A DNA stretch of 64,000 bases, from IMG/VR virus record IMGVR_UViG_3300010334_006426, positions 41,141-105,140 of that record. One strand, written 5' to 3'. Shown one piece after another: positions 9,458 through 19,892 of the stretch. Source of the DNA: a virus. The notes under the pieces are model-generated. The model saw only the letters and a program-made list of their open reading frames with translations. It did not search any database and was not told the origin of the DNA. The stretch's first letter is position 1. Each line of letters opens with the position of its first letter. Position numbers and translations under genes: made by a program.

Positions 9458-10009
9458 ATGGCAGACGTAAAACAACTTATTGCAGATTTTTACAGAGTAG
9501 CTTCCGCTAGAGACTTCCAGCGTGATATTCAATTTCGTGTATTGAGTATTACCCCTGGCGGTACAACAGTAACATTTGATGAAAATGATCTAGTATATGC
9601 AAAGGCTGCGTCGCTACCCGCGCGCTCTATTACAGCAGTAAATGCAAAATATATGGGATTAAATTTTAATCTACCAGGTGTTGCTACATATCCCGGTAGT
9701 GAAGGTTATATACTTAATTTCTATAATGATGCTAAGAATAATCTTCGCCAGAAATTTGAAGATTGGACACGTGATACCTTTAATGATGCTAACAGCACTG
9801 GTAATTACTTCACCCCAACACAATCGAGTACAATTGACTTAGTACAGCTCGATACACAAATGAACAGGGTTGCGCAATATCAACTTGTTGGTGTTAGTAT
9901 TCGCAATGTCGGTGCAATCGAATATCCAATAGGCGATGGTACAGGGCAGATTGTCAATTTCCCAGTAACTCTTGCTTATCATTACTTTACTCGTAAGCAA
10001 GTTTCTTAA
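9458..10009 (+). CDS. gp19: tail tube protein (T4 gp19-like)
   Basis: Follows the sheath. AASLP, LRQKFEDW, QLD, F.VTLAYHYF. Has both an AAGGAG SD and AATAAATA. Confidence 0.85.
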   Translation: MADVKQLIADFYRVASARDFQRDIQFRVLSITPGGTTVTFDENDLVYAKAASLPARSITAVNAKYMGLNFNLPGVATYPGSEGYILNFYNDAKNNLRQKFEDWTRDTFNDANSTGNYFTPTQSSTIDLVQLDTQMNRVAQYQLVGVSIRNVGAIEYPIGDGTGQIVNFPVTLAYHYFTRKQVS

Positions 10010-10039
10010 TAGAAAATTAAATTTGCCATAAATATTTGA

Positions 10040-10978
10040 ATGGCATTATCTAATCCAATTACCGACGCTTTTCAGGGCTTAGCATCTAATACAGTTGGTA
10101 TTGGTAGAGGAATAAACCCCTTAAGTCAGCCACAAATTACAGACATTCTCGGGTTTAATATACCTGGCGTCCCATTAATCAGTACAAGAGATTATTTCCT
10201 TCTTCAACTTCAAAGCTGGCTTACGGCTATACCGTTACAAACACAATGGATTGCAGTTATAGACAGTTTTCCATATTGCTTAAGAACTGAAATACTTCAA
10301 AATATGGAACGTTCTGATGGCGGTAAAAAAAGCTATGATATAGATCGAGCTAAAGCAATTTTAACTAGCTATCCATTTCAAAAAGTAATAGGTTGTGTAT
10401 TTGCACAAGGGGCTTTCGTACCTGGCGAGCAGCTAACAGTTAGAGACACTGCTTTAGATAATAACAGAGGATTTATACCTGGAATAGTTGCTGAAAAAAG
10501 AGTGGGATATAGCGGGTCACCTTTGAGATTAGATTTCTTAGAAACCAATACAAGTATAGTTGATTTTATCTTCAGGCCCTGGGTAATGTTAGCTAGTCAT
10601 TATGGGTTAGTCGCTAGACCAAATGATATGCCAGGCAGCAAAGATTTTTATAACGTTAAGTCAAACATAACACTTCTTTGCTATACAAGAAGCTATCAAA
10701 ACGTAAGTCAAATTCCGCGAAAAGTTTTTACTTTTTATAATGTCGTCCCCACTTTAATCAATAATTTTACATTAGACTATAAAGAAGAACCTCAACAAGC
10801 AACTGCCTATAGCGTTAATTTTACTTATACAAACTATACTATTCAAAATAGTATGTATTTCCCTATTGCGGATATCATTAAGACAGTTTCTAATGCAGCG
10901 AATGGCAGCTATTCGCCTGTTGTTTCGCCGCTACAGAATTCATCTAATTCCCCCGTCAATGTAGGTGGCTTTTTCTAA
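10040..10978 (+). CDS. tail-tube-fold baseplate protein (gp54/tube initiator-like)
   Basis: LDFLETN..FIFRPW, FYNVVP and YSVNFTY tube-fold pattern; located after gp19. Confidence 0.5.
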   Translation: MALSNPITDAFQGLASNTVGIGRGINPLSQPQITDILGFNIPGVPLISTRDYFLLQLQSWLTAIPLQTQWIAVIDSFPYCLRTEILQNMERSDGGKKSYDIDRAKAILTSYPFQKVIGCVFAQGAFVPGEQLTVRDTALDNNRGFIPGIVAEKRVGYSGSPLRLDFLETNTSIVDFIFRPWVMLASHYGLVARPNDMPGSKDFYNVKSNITLLCYTRSYQNVSQIPRKVFTFYNVVPTLINNFTLDYKEEPQQATAYSVNFTYTNYTIQNSMYFPIADIIKTVSNAANGSYSPVVSPLQNSSNSPVNVGGFF

Positions 10979-10997
10979 ATTTTTTGTTTAATAATAT

Positions 10998-11825
10998 ATG
11001 GAATTTTACCTAAATTGTTGGGTACCATCGTTAAGCGGTTTTTTTAAATTAAAAGAATTAAAAAACTCTCAACTATCTATTTTATCTAAATATATTTTAA
11101 ATGAAGATCATGAAGGCACTAATATGTGCTTTAATGAAATTATTAATAAAAATTTTCTAGAGATAAACCCTAATTTAAATGTTAACCGTTTTGATAAGTG
11201 GTTTATTTTAAGTTTTTTAAGAGCTACAAATATTTCTCCAATACTCTACTTACAAACTGCTAATACAGCTAACGTTCCTTGTAATATAGAGCTGTCTCTC
11301 TATGAAACGCTTACAAGATTATCAGAAATTTCACCTGTTAGTGCTATCGATGTCAAACTAGAAAATATTAATATAATACTCTATCCTAGCGAGAGTTTAT
11401 ATACAGTTGAACCTGTTGTAGATTCTGTTAAAGAACTAAAACATCTTAAAAATAATATTACTAATAGAGATGAAATTTACAAGCTTTTAGGAAGAAGAGA
11501 AAATTTGAGAAATTATTTAGCGCAGCAAATGTTATATTTTGATAGTCTTAGCAATGACTTGATAATAAAAAATGAAAACCCTGCTCTCAAGCTTACGAAT
11601 ATACCTGTAAGAGTTTTTGATAATACTTTATTCTTTTTTTTAAGATCTATCTATCTACCCTATTGCAAAGGTGTTTACGAAAAACTTTTCAGTCTTAAAA
11701 AATTAATGAATTTGAGCCTAGATGAGTATTATCAACTTACCCCGTCAGAATGCGATATTTTAATAAGCCTTTATAAGCAGGATGAATCGTCTAAAACGCA
11801 GCATAGTTACAGTCTTCAACAATAA
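10998..11825 (+). CDS. baseplate hub assembly protein (gp26-like with gp51-like C-terminus)
   Basis: FDKWFILSFLRA segment; C-terminal LSLDEYYQLTPSECDILISLY resembles gp51-type chaperones; synteny. Confidence 0.4.
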   Translation: MEFYLNCWVPSLSGFFKLKELKNSQLSILSKYILNEDHEGTNMCFNEIINKNFLEINPNLNVNRFDKWFILSFLRATNISPILYLQTANTANVPCNIELSLYETLTRLSEISPVSAIDVKLENINIILYPSESLYTVEPVVDSVKELKHLKNNITNRDEIYKLLGRRENLRNYLAQQMLYFDSLSNDLIIKNENPALKLTNIPVRVFDNTLFFFLRSIYLPYCKGVYEKLFSLKKLMNLSLDEYYQLTPSECDILISLYKQDESSKTQHSYSLQQ

Positions 11826-11844
11826 ATTTGTCTATAAATAATAT

Positions 11845-13779
11845 ATGGATAATACAGACAATGCAGTTGAGTCAGAACAAAATATAAAAAGTTCTGATAA
11901 TGTTACTCTATTAAACAACAAGGAAGCTGAATTTTCTGTGCCTAGCTCTACTGATGAAAATATTTACTATACGTTAGCGTCATTAGAAGCTGATAGTCTC
12001 AATCGAAAAGTTTTAAGAGATAAAGAACTATACGGCGATTTAGATAAAGCTGATGAAAAAGCTAAGACTCTTTTAGAGCAGGACATGGTATTTGATATTC
12101 CTGAAATCAAGCCTGATGAAGCCTCGTTAAATATTAGCGACACTAAAAAAGAAGATGCTTTCGCGCAGGAGCAACCTGCAAATATTGAGAGTGACAAGAG
12201 TAAAAAATCTCAAAACACTGATTCACCTGTTAAAAGCGAAAATAATCAACTTGGTTCCGCAAAAACTAAGCCCGTTGAACCATCTCAGCCTACAATAGCA
12301 TCTAAAGCAAAGCAGGAAGCAGATGAAATAAGACGTAACGCACAAATTCAAATAGAAAAAATGAAATCTGAGGTCTCGCAATCTGTAGAGCCTCCTCCAA
12401 ATATATATGATGCTCCTAAGCCAAGACAGCAGTCGTCTCAAAGTACAGTTAATAATAAGAATAAAGAAAGCAAAGAAGAGGAAGGATCTACTTTAAAGAA
12501 ATTTGAGGTACCACAATGGGCCGAAAACATTTCAAGAAAAATGCCTGTGCAACCAGAAGCTTTAAATGAAGACAGTTTGGCTGTAAGTAGGGAAGCTAGA
12601 GATATTAACCTGACTCAACCTGATAAATCATCCTCTTTAGAACCTGAGAAAAAACCGGGTCAGTCACAAGCACCTGTAAAATTATCAGAAACATTACAAT
12701 CTAAGACTGGTGATCAGCAGCCTGTTTTAGAAAGCTCTTCAACAAAAAATATTAAAAGCGACATCAATAAGACAGAAGAGATTACGGTGACAGATGGAAA
12801 AGATAAAATAGAAAAAAAACAACCTAAAGAAGAGGTTAAACCGGAAAAGCCAGTATTGAATGTACAAGACATTCAGCAAGCTAGTACACCGCAACAAAAT
12901 ACTCAAAGTAACAACTCGGTTGATTCACTTAAAAAGTTTTTAAATTTTTTGACACCGTCACAGCAAACAGAAGCAGCTGAAGTATTGAGTGAAAATAAAC
13001 CACAACAGACACAAGATAATGATATGCCACAACAGCAGCAACCTAATATAGATAATAACATAGAACAACCTACAGTTGTAGCTGGTCCAGAACCTGAAAA
13101 TAAACCTAATATTCTTGATGAACCTTTTCAAAATAAAAGACCTATAGACAATCCGCAAATTGCTGGTCAAGTTATGTCTATAATAAATTCAATCAACAAT
13201 AATACTATAAACCCTAACTTAGATCTTTTCAATTTCAAATCTTATGTTAACAAAGGTATTAAGGAAAGAGGATTGCTAAATCAAATGCCTCAAGTTAATA
13301 ATATGGAAAATCTACTTAAACAGATACCATTTCTACAGCCTCCTTTAGCAGGTAATAATGAACCTCAACAAAATAGACCTCAAGGACAGATGCCTTTTCT
13401 TGATTTTAACTCCTTTGTACCTAAGGTTGAAGAGAAGAGGCAATCTACACCAATCACTAATAATAATGACAAACTATTAACAGATATGAATATAAACTTA
13501 AATAAAATTTCGGCCACCATACAGCAATCTCAGCAGAATTTAATAAATTCATTAAATAATTTAAGCAATATTGCTAATCAAATCTTGAAAACAATACCTT
13601 CTATTTCTATATCGCAGGATAATAGCTCTGTAGCCTCCGGGGGAAATCAAAAAAATTCTGGAAGATTTTCACCCACAGAAAACTTAAATTTAATTGGTAA
13701 TTATAGAGACGATTTAGGTTTAACACCTAGAAATTATACTACTAACACCATATTTCCAGGGAATAATAGTATAGTATGA
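11845..13779 (+). CDS. low-complexity Q/N/E/P/K-rich protein, possible tape-measure/gp29 analogue
   Basis: 644 aa, largely hydrophilic, helical C-terminus. TATAAATA at 11833-11840. Lies between hub-chaperone-like and gp48-like genes. Confidence 0.4.
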   Translation: MDNTDNAVESEQNIKSSDNVTLLNNKEAEFSVPSSTDENIYYTLASLEADSLNRKVLRDKELYGDLDKADEKAKTLLEQDMVFDIPEIKPDEASLNISDTKKEDAFAQEQPANIESDKSKKSQNTDSPVKSENNQLGSAKTKPVEPSQPTIASKAKQEADEIRRNAQIQIEKMKSEVSQSVEPPPNIYDAPKPRQQSSQSTVNNKNKESKEEEGSTLKKFEVPQWAENISRKMPVQPEALNEDSLAVSREARDINLTQPDKSSSLEPEKKPGQSQAPVKLSETLQSKTGDQQPVLESSSTKNIKSDINKTEEITVTDGKDKIEKKQPKEEVKPEKPVLNVQDIQQASTPQQNTQSNNSVDSLKKFLNFLTPSQQTEAAEVLSENKPQQTQDNDMPQQQQPNIDNNIEQPTVVAGPEPENKPNILDEPFQNKRPIDNPQIAGQVMSIINSINNNTINPNLDLFNFKSYVNKGIKERGLLNQMPQVNNMENLLKQIPFLQPPLAGNNEPQQNRPQGQMPFLDFNSFVPKVEEKRQSTPITNNNDKLLTDMNINLNKISATIQQSQQNLINSLNNLSNIANQILKTIPSISISQDNSSVASGGNQKNSGRFSPTENLNLIGNYRDDLGLTPRNYTTNTIFPGNNSIV

Positions 13780-15248
13780 ACTTATTTGCATTTGAAAAAT
13801 TTGGTTCTCCTAAACCTCAATATCAAGGAGCTCCTCGCTTAGTTCCCGTTGGCTCTATAAGCGGACCCGGGGCAAACAACATAGCCAAAGATAGTTCAAG
13901 TTACGGACTGATTGATGTTGTTAATAATTTTCAATGGACTACCTCACCAAAGTCATCTAGGATGGAAGTACCTGCTATATTTTTAAAAGAAAAAAGACTT
14001 AAGAACAATTCATTGTATGCGCAAGTAGCTTACTACGGCATGGCTCTTGGCGGTATTTTAGGCGGCGCAGCTGGCGGTCTTACGGCTTTAAATAATTCTA
14101 TCAGGCCTTTTATGACTTCTGTTTTAGGTGGGTTTGGTGCAGGTACTTTTACTCAGGTTTTAAATAACGCCTTAGGGCAGCTAACATCATATATTTCTGG
14201 TAATGCTGGCGCGGCTGAATCTGGTATTTTTAGTTCTAATATTACAAGAATAGCAGAGGGTGTAGGTGCTATAGCAGGGTGGAACGCTACACCAGAAACA
14301 ATACAAGCAGGTGTAAATGCTATTGCCTCCATATCCCAACAGTTAGGCAGATTTACTCCAGACAATTTTAATATACCTAGTCTTAATAGCGATATACTAT
14401 CACCTTATGAAGGATTGTATATTACAGAAGATACAAAATTTATTTATAATATGCCTTATTTCTCGAACGAACAGAATACTGTTAATAATATGTTTGGTGA
14501 TTTTGATGAAGTAATGGGTGAAGGTGGTATAGATCCATTAAATGCATACGGTACAGCAAAAAATGTAAGGGCTGCAGCAAATTTTGTTTCTGGTACAGTT
14601 AATTTCGATGCCCCGGGCATCTATATTGAAAAGCCAAAATTTTTCAATTTTAAAGAAACAGGCGAACAAATAAGGTTTAGTTTTCCTCTTATCAATACCG
14701 GATGGTCTACGTTTGAAGACGTGGTTCAGAATTGGCAATTAATGTACATGCTTGCCTATCAAAATCGCCCTAACAGAAGAACACGAGACTTAATTGATCC
14801 GGCAGTAATTTATGAAATTACAATACCGGGGGTAAGATTTTACCCTTACGCATACATAAGCAGCATGGCTATTAATTTTGTAGGTGCTAGAAGAAGAATG
14901 AACATAAGAGTACCTTTAGAAGGTGGTCTGGGAACTATTAACACTATTATACCTGATGCCTATGTAATTGATATAACATTTACTACTCTTGTATCTGAAA
15001 CACAGAATTTCTTGTATGCTTGCTTACATGACAAGCAAGATATCATAACAACATCAAGTTCTAGGTCGCCTTTTGATATTTTTGGTGATGATCTTTCTAA
15101 GAATTATTCAGGCGCATTAAAACAAAATCTAAATCCCAATACACAGTCGTCCGCAAATAAGCTATTGAATGCGGCAGGAGATTTTGTACCTAGAGTCATT
15201 AATACATTTAAACAATCACCATTAGATATATTAGGAGGCGGCTTGTGA
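13776..15248 (+). CDS. baseplate tail tube cap (gp48-like)
   Basis: Gly/Ala-rich insert followed by F.F....IRFSFPL...YISSMAINF...IDITFT tube-fold motifs. Confidence 0.5.
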   Translation: MNLFAFEKFGSPKPQYQGAPRLVPVGSISGPGANNIAKDSSSYGLIDVVNNFQWTTSPKSSRMEVPAIFLKEKRLKNNSLYAQVAYYGMALGGILGGAAGGLTALNNSIRPFMTSVLGGFGAGTFTQVLNNALGQLTSYISGNAGAAESGIFSSNITRIAEGVGAIAGWNATPETIQAGVNAIASISQQLGRFTPDNFNIPSLNSDILSPYEGLYITEDTKFIYNMPYFSNEQNTVNNMFGDFDEVMGEGGIDPLNAYGTAKNVRAAANFVSGTVNFDAPGIYIEKPKFFNFKETGEQIRFSFPLINTGWSTFEDVVQNWQLMYMLAYQNRPNRRTRDLIDPAVIYEITIPGVRFYPYAYISSMAINFVGARRRMNIRVPLEGGLGTINTIIPDAYVIDITFTTLVSETQNFLYACLHDKQDIITTSSSRSPFDIFGDDLSKNYSGALKQNLNPNTQSSANKLLNAAGDFVPRVINTFKQSPLDILGGGL

Positions 15249-15637
15249 TTGGATTAAGTGCTTTAGGCGGGTTTAGAAAAGATATTAATCTTTTAGAAAA
15301 AATACCATCTATTAGTTATGAAAATATTTTTCGTATGTATTTGACTGAAAATACTGATAATACAAATTTCTATTATTATAATTTGCTCAATAGTGTTTAT
15401 TTTCCAGATGATATACCTAGCAGCATCTATTATGCTATTACGTTAAATAAAAGACTTCCATGGACAGCTATTAGTTATAATGAATATAGAACTACAGATT
15501 TATGGTGGCTAATTGTCTTAGCAAACAAAATACATAACCCAGTTTACTATCCCGCACCAGGTTCAACCTTAAGAATTATTAAACCTGAATATGTAAAGCT
15601 TATATTTAACGAAATAACCGCTCAAATAAAACAATAA
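15245..15637 (+). CDS. gp53: baseplate wedge protein (gp53-like, LysM-like)
   Basis: WTAISYNEYRTTDLWWLIVLANKI..P...G..LRI signature. Confidence 0.75.
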   Translation: MIGLSALGGFRKDINLLEKIPSISYENIFRMYLTENTDNTNFYYYNLLNSVYFPDDIPSSIYYAITLNKRLPWTAISYNEYRTTDLWWLIVLANKIHNPVYYPAPGSTLRIIKPEYVKLIFNEITAQIKQ

Positions 15638-17190
15638 TGAACCCAATAGTACAAAATTTGTCCTTTTCGAGTCAAGGCGAACATGTTCAAATTGGCGACA
15701 TGCAGTATGAGTTTAATGTTCAGCTTTATAATGGCGATGGTAATTCTATAGGGATAAAATACCCTAGTATAGTAGAGCTTTGTATATCTGATTTAATTAC
15801 TACATTTGCCCCTGATGGTTATCTAATTTTTAATAATCCTTTAGATGCAATCGAGAGTGTTCAAAGCATATCAACAGATGTAAGAGGTATGCCTCAGCAG
15901 GCATTTACACCTTTCACTTTTAGAGGAGATGGTAGAGATTTTCTTGTTATAAATATAAAACCCTCTGTCAACATAGGTGACAGTGATCCACTTAATACAT
16001 CGGATGATAATGAGTACTCTTTTAGCTATGTATTTACAGTGTACGATATGCAAGATATTATAACTGATGATAGAGAAGTTAAACTAAAAAAACTTTTTCT
16101 GTGTGACTTAACTTTTCAAATTTTAAATGAAAAAAATAGCTATTTTTCTACAGCTAAAATGACAGATGGAAAAGGTAAAAGTAATACCGAGAGAAGTGCT
16201 TTTACTGGACAAGCATTAAGACAGCTACTATCAGATGTTTTATCTAAAGATACTAAGCTTAAACAATCTTTTAGTACCGAATGGGATCTTGGAAGTGAGA
16301 AAATATTTTACAGTAGCCCAGCTGGAAATAAAGCTATAGATGATTTGTATTACTTGTTAGATTATCATGTTAGTGGTAAAGAAAATGATTATTGCCCAGC
16401 ATTATTGAGAAAAAGTAGAAAAAATGTATGGGCATTAACACCGATTACTAAATTATTTCGTACCGCTTACTATAAAGGATCTTCTTCTTTTGGAGATATA
16501 GGTGGAACCGGGTTATCAGAAAATTTTATATTAGGAAAGCCTACTACTGGTGACTATGATCCGTTAAACGTTATTGAACGTAATCCTTCCTCTTCAGTAT
16601 TTGCAAATAATTTACCAGATTATTCTTATATAGAAAATTTTGAAAGTGCTAGTATATCTGCCACATCAAATACTTTAGGTGTTGCGACACATGTTGTTCA
16701 TAGCTATGACCCGGCTAATAAAACCTTTTCTATAGACTTAACAGAAAATAATATTAATAGTTCTTATAACAAATATAAAAAATATTTTGTTAATTCGCAG
16801 AAAGGTGTAATGGGGTCTTCACCTAGCCCTAATATATTTTTAAACAAAACTAAGACAGAAAATAAATCAATTCAACACGTATTTAATCCCAACACAAATC
16901 AATCTATACGATTAAATTCAGGTACTAATAAAATTATGTTAAACTCAATTTTTAATAATACTACCATTGCTTTTAAAACAAGAGGCAGTATTCTAAGAGA
17001 AGCTGGTAAATTCTTTACTTTAGAGAGACGAGACTTTGCAAATAATTCTGCTTTTGATAATAAAATGCTAGGTACATATTTCATTACTAAGGTAGATCAT
17101 GTATTTAAGAACGGTCAATATTATAACTATATAGTAGGAGTTAAGACGTATGCTGCAGAAAGCATGAACATGTCTAATGAAATTATATGA
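15637..17190 (+). CDS. baseplate hub protein (gp27/late control D-like)
   Basis: C-terminal RGSILREAGKFF...GTYFITKVDHVF typical of hub proteins; follows gp53. Confidence 0.6.
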   Translation: MNPIVQNLSFSSQGEHVQIGDMQYEFNVQLYNGDGNSIGIKYPSIVELCISDLITTFAPDGYLIFNNPLDAIESVQSISTDVRGMPQQAFTPFTFRGDGRDFLVINIKPSVNIGDSDPLNTSDDNEYSFSYVFTVYDMQDIITDDREVKLKKLFLCDLTFQILNEKNSYFSTAKMTDGKGKSNTERSAFTGQALRQLLSDVLSKDTKLKQSFSTEWDLGSEKIFYSSPAGNKAIDDLYYLLDYHVSGKENDYCPALLRKSRKNVWALTPITKLFRTAYYKGSSSFGDIGGTGLSENFILGKPTTGDYDPLNVIERNPSSSVFANNLPDYSYIENFESASISATSNTLGVATHVVHSYDPANKTFSIDLTENNINSSYNKYKKYFVNSQKGVMGSSPSPNIFLNKTKTENKSIQHVFNPNTNQSIRLNSGTNKIMLNSIFNNTTIAFKTRGSILREAGKFFTLERRDFANNSAFDNKMLGTYFITKVDHVFKNGQYYNYIVGVKTYAAESMNMSNEII

Positions 17191-18014
17191 GCATTACTAC
17201 AGATCCACAGCTAACACAAATAAATTTATTTTATAAGAAGGATTTCTACGAAAAAGCATCCAACTATCTTGGCGCAATACAAAGTTATTCTACTGAGCTC
17301 GGTTATGCTATAGAACATTCTAAGGCAAAAGTCGCTAATGACCCTATAACAGCGATGTCAGATTTCTACGTTAAGATGGATAATAGAATGAAAAGTATGG
17401 GAGCACAATTTACAGCGCATTGGATAAAAAATTATAATTTAACATTAGAAAAAGTAAGAAATGAAGTTGGTCTAAAAATTGGTACAGGTACTTTTTATCG
17501 CAGTTTTGGTGATAGTATTGGCAGTATAGCTAGACAAGAAACTCTTTACGATGAGAGCACCACATCAATTCAAAATAAAGCTTTTCCTGTGAGATATGGT
17601 TCTTCTATGTCGAACAAAATACACCCTCAAATACAATTACTTTATGCGGACTTTAGTAATAAACTTAATAAAATTTTTAATCAAAATTTACAAAATATAC
17701 AATCAACAGGTTCTTTGTCTACTAAATCCCATGGAGAAAATTTAGTGCCCGACGTAGAGCATTCAAAAAGAATACAGAGCATAATTGCAACGTTAAATCA
17801 AAAAATAAGGAATGAATTTAAGGAACTTTACAATGTAATACTTCTCTATTGTCAGTACAATCCTAGAGCATCAACTCAAAATATTCAATTTGTTCCAAAT
17901 TTTAACATTACAGTTAATGTAGAAGGTAACAACTTAAATCAAGATATACTCTTTAATCAATTACAAGAAGTTAAGAAAGATATTGTCACGAAGACAATAC
18001 TGGGACTAGGGTAA
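17187..18014 (+). CDS. hypothetical protein (probable baseplate-associated)
   Basis: 275-aa ORF translationally coupled to the hub gene. Confidence 0.55.
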   Translation: MSITTDPQLTQINLFYKKDFYEKASNYLGAIQSYSTELGYAIEHSKAKVANDPITAMSDFYVKMDNRMKSMGAQFTAHWIKNYNLTLEKVRNEVGLKIGTGTFYRSFGDSIGSIARQETLYDESTTSIQNKAFPVRYGSSMSNKIHPQIQLLYADFSNKLNKIFNQNLQNIQSTGSLSTKSHGENLVPDVEHSKRIQSIIATLNQKIRNEFKELYNVILLYCQYNPRASTQNIQFVPNFNITVNVEGNNLNQDILFNQLQEVKKDIVTKTILGLG

Positions 18015-18468
18015 CATTTACTGCCTCTGCTTGTGCCTCTATAACTTTTGCTTCGTCCAGAATGCGCTTAAACACCTCATCTCGACTTAATAAAAGTTTT
18101 TCTTTTCTATCATCGTCTTTCAACATTTTTCTAGATTCAATTTCCATAATTTTTAAATCTTTTGCAGAGTCTTTCTTCATTTGTGTTACGTGAATATCTT
18201 TAATAATAGAAAGCGCACTCGACACAGCCTTTAATGCCTCAGATAGTGCTTCTACCTCTCGACTTTCAGGGTTATTCATTACATAATCCTTTACACCTTC
18301 AACTATTTCAAGACCTTGAGTTACTAGCTTACCAGTACTATTAAGTACAAAACTTTCTAACTTTTCCCTAGGTAGATCGAAATTATTATTGAGAAGATCC
18401 TTATTATTGTTTGTATTAACTTTTAATTGGGTTATTAAGTCGTCTACGCTAAATTCTTTTTCTGCCAT
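17986..18468 (-). CDS. possible terminase small subunit (gp16-like)
   Basis: 160-aa helical protein. NPESREVEALSEALK...DIH...KK and a terminal LLLSRDEVFKRI resemble gp16 architecture. TATAAATA 4 nt upstream. Confidence 0.4.
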   Translation of the reverse strand: MAEKEFSVDDLITQLKVNTNNNKDLLNNNFDLPREKLESFVLNSTGKLVTQGLEIVEGVKDYVMNNPESREVEALSEALKAVSSALSIIKDIHVTQMKKDSAKDLKIMEIESRKMLKDDDRKEKLLLSRDEVFKRILDEAKVIEAQAEAVNVTLVPVLSS

Positions 18469-18482
18469 TCATTATTTATACC

Positions 18483-18512
18483 TTGAAATTAATATACAAT
18501 ATATTATATTAT
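18483..18512 (+). promoter_or_regulatory. sigma70-type promoter for dut and clamp loader
   Basis: TTGAAA (18483-18488) followed by TATATT/TATTAT at 18505-18512; ATG at 18517. Confidence 0.5.
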
Positions 18513-18516
18513 TACT

Positions 18517-18960
18517 ATGAGTAATGTTCCTTATTCCCCTAACATGAAGTTTGAGAAAACTCATCCTAACGCACAGCTTCCTAAGAAAAATTTTCCTACA
18601 GATTCTGGCTGGGATTTATTTGCTGTCGAAAATACTGTTATCCCTGCTAATGGCAAAGCTGTTGTGCCCGTTGGACTTAAGCTGGCCTATCTTGAAGACG
18701 GGTATTGGCTGAGTGTTGAGTCTAGATCCGGCTTGAGCTTTAAAAACTCCATTTTAGCCCACCCTGGAGTTATAGATCAAAACTATAGAGGCGACCTTGG
18801 TGTGCTACTATATAATCATAGCAGCGCGGATTATAATGTTTCAGCAGGTGAGAGAATAGCCCAGCTGGTATTACACTATAATATACAAATTAATGTTGAT
18901 TGGGGTGCTATTCAACTGACGGATAGAGGCGAAAAAGGATTCGGAAGTAGCGGTAAATGA
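18517..18960 (+). CDS. dut: dUTPase (trimeric)
   Basis: Five motifs: SGWDL, SRSGL, GVIDQNYRG, GERIAQL, RGEKGFGSSG. Confidence 0.96.
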   Translation: MSNVPYSPNMKFEKTHPNAQLPKKNFPTDSGWDLFAVENTVIPANGKAVVPVGLKLAYLEDGYWLSVESRSGLSFKNSILAHPGVIDQNYRGDLGVLLYNHSSADYNVSAGERIAQLVLHYNIQINVDWGAIQLTDRGEKGFGSSGK

Positions 18961-19892
18961 TAGATGTCGATAAAGTCTGGACGGAAAAATACCGTCCTGC
19001 AACATTGAATGATATAGTTTTATCAGAAAAAAATAAATCTATACTTAAAAAGTTTGTTGATCAAGATGAAATTCCTAATCTTCTTTTTTGCGGGCATGCT
19101 GGTATAGGAAAAACAACATCAGCTAAAGTGCTTATTAATATACTTGACGCAGAACATATCTACCAAAATTGCTCTGAGGTGGGGATTGATGCAGTTCGGA
19201 ATGATATAACAGGGTTTAGTAGAACAAAGAGTTTTAACGGTAAGAAGAAAATTGTTTTGCTAGATGAGATTGATGGAATGGCTTCTATAGAAGCGCAAAG
19301 ATCTCTACGTAATGTTTTGGAAGAATACGCCGGGCACTGCAGATTTATATTGACTTGTAATTACAAGCACAGAGTTATTGTACCGCTGCAAAGCAGATGC
19401 CAGTCTATTGATCTAGATCCAAATATTACTGAGGTTGCAAAGAGATGTTTCACCATCTTAAAGCAAGAGACAATTGCTGTTGACGAAGAAAATAAAAAGA
19501 GATTAGTTGGATTAATTAGAAAATATTTTCCAGATATACGCAAGTGTATCAATGAAATGCAAAAGTTTTCCACAGACGGTAAGCTCACTATACCTGATTT
19601 AAATGTTAATAGTGACTTTGCCGATAAAATAATTAAACTAGTAACTAGCAAGAAGGTTCTACAGGGTCGAAAATTTGTTATTGAGAATGAAGCTTCTTTT
19701 AACGGGGATTACCCTATTTTGATGAAAAATGTCTTTGATGAAATCTGTAAAGGTAATTATGGCTTAACAGAAAATCAAAAAAGAATGTGGCTTGTTACTA
19801 CTGGCGAATACATGTACAGATCGGCATTAGTTCTAGATCAAGAAATAAATTTTTACTGTTTATTGTTGGCGTTATCAGAGATTAGCGCTTAG
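18957..19892 (+). CDS. gp44: sliding clamp loader AAA+ subunit (T4 gp44/RFC-like)
   Basis: WTEKYRP, GHAGIGKT, LLDEID, FILTCN, LQSRC, FPDIR. Confidence 0.93.
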   Translation: MIDVDKVWTEKYRPATLNDIVLSEKNKSILKKFVDQDEIPNLLFCGHAGIGKTTSAKVLINILDAEHIYQNCSEVGIDAVRNDITGFSRTKSFNGKKKIVLLDEIDGMASIEAQRSLRNVLEEYAGHCRFILTCNYKHRVIVPLQSRCQSIDLDPNITEVAKRCFTILKQETIAVDEENKKRLVGLIRKYFPDIRKCINEMQKFSTDGKLTIPDLNVNSDFADKIIKLVTSKKVLQGRKFVIENEASFNGDYPILMKNVFDEICKGNYGLTENQKRMWLVTTGEYMYRSALVLDQEINFYCLLLALSEISA

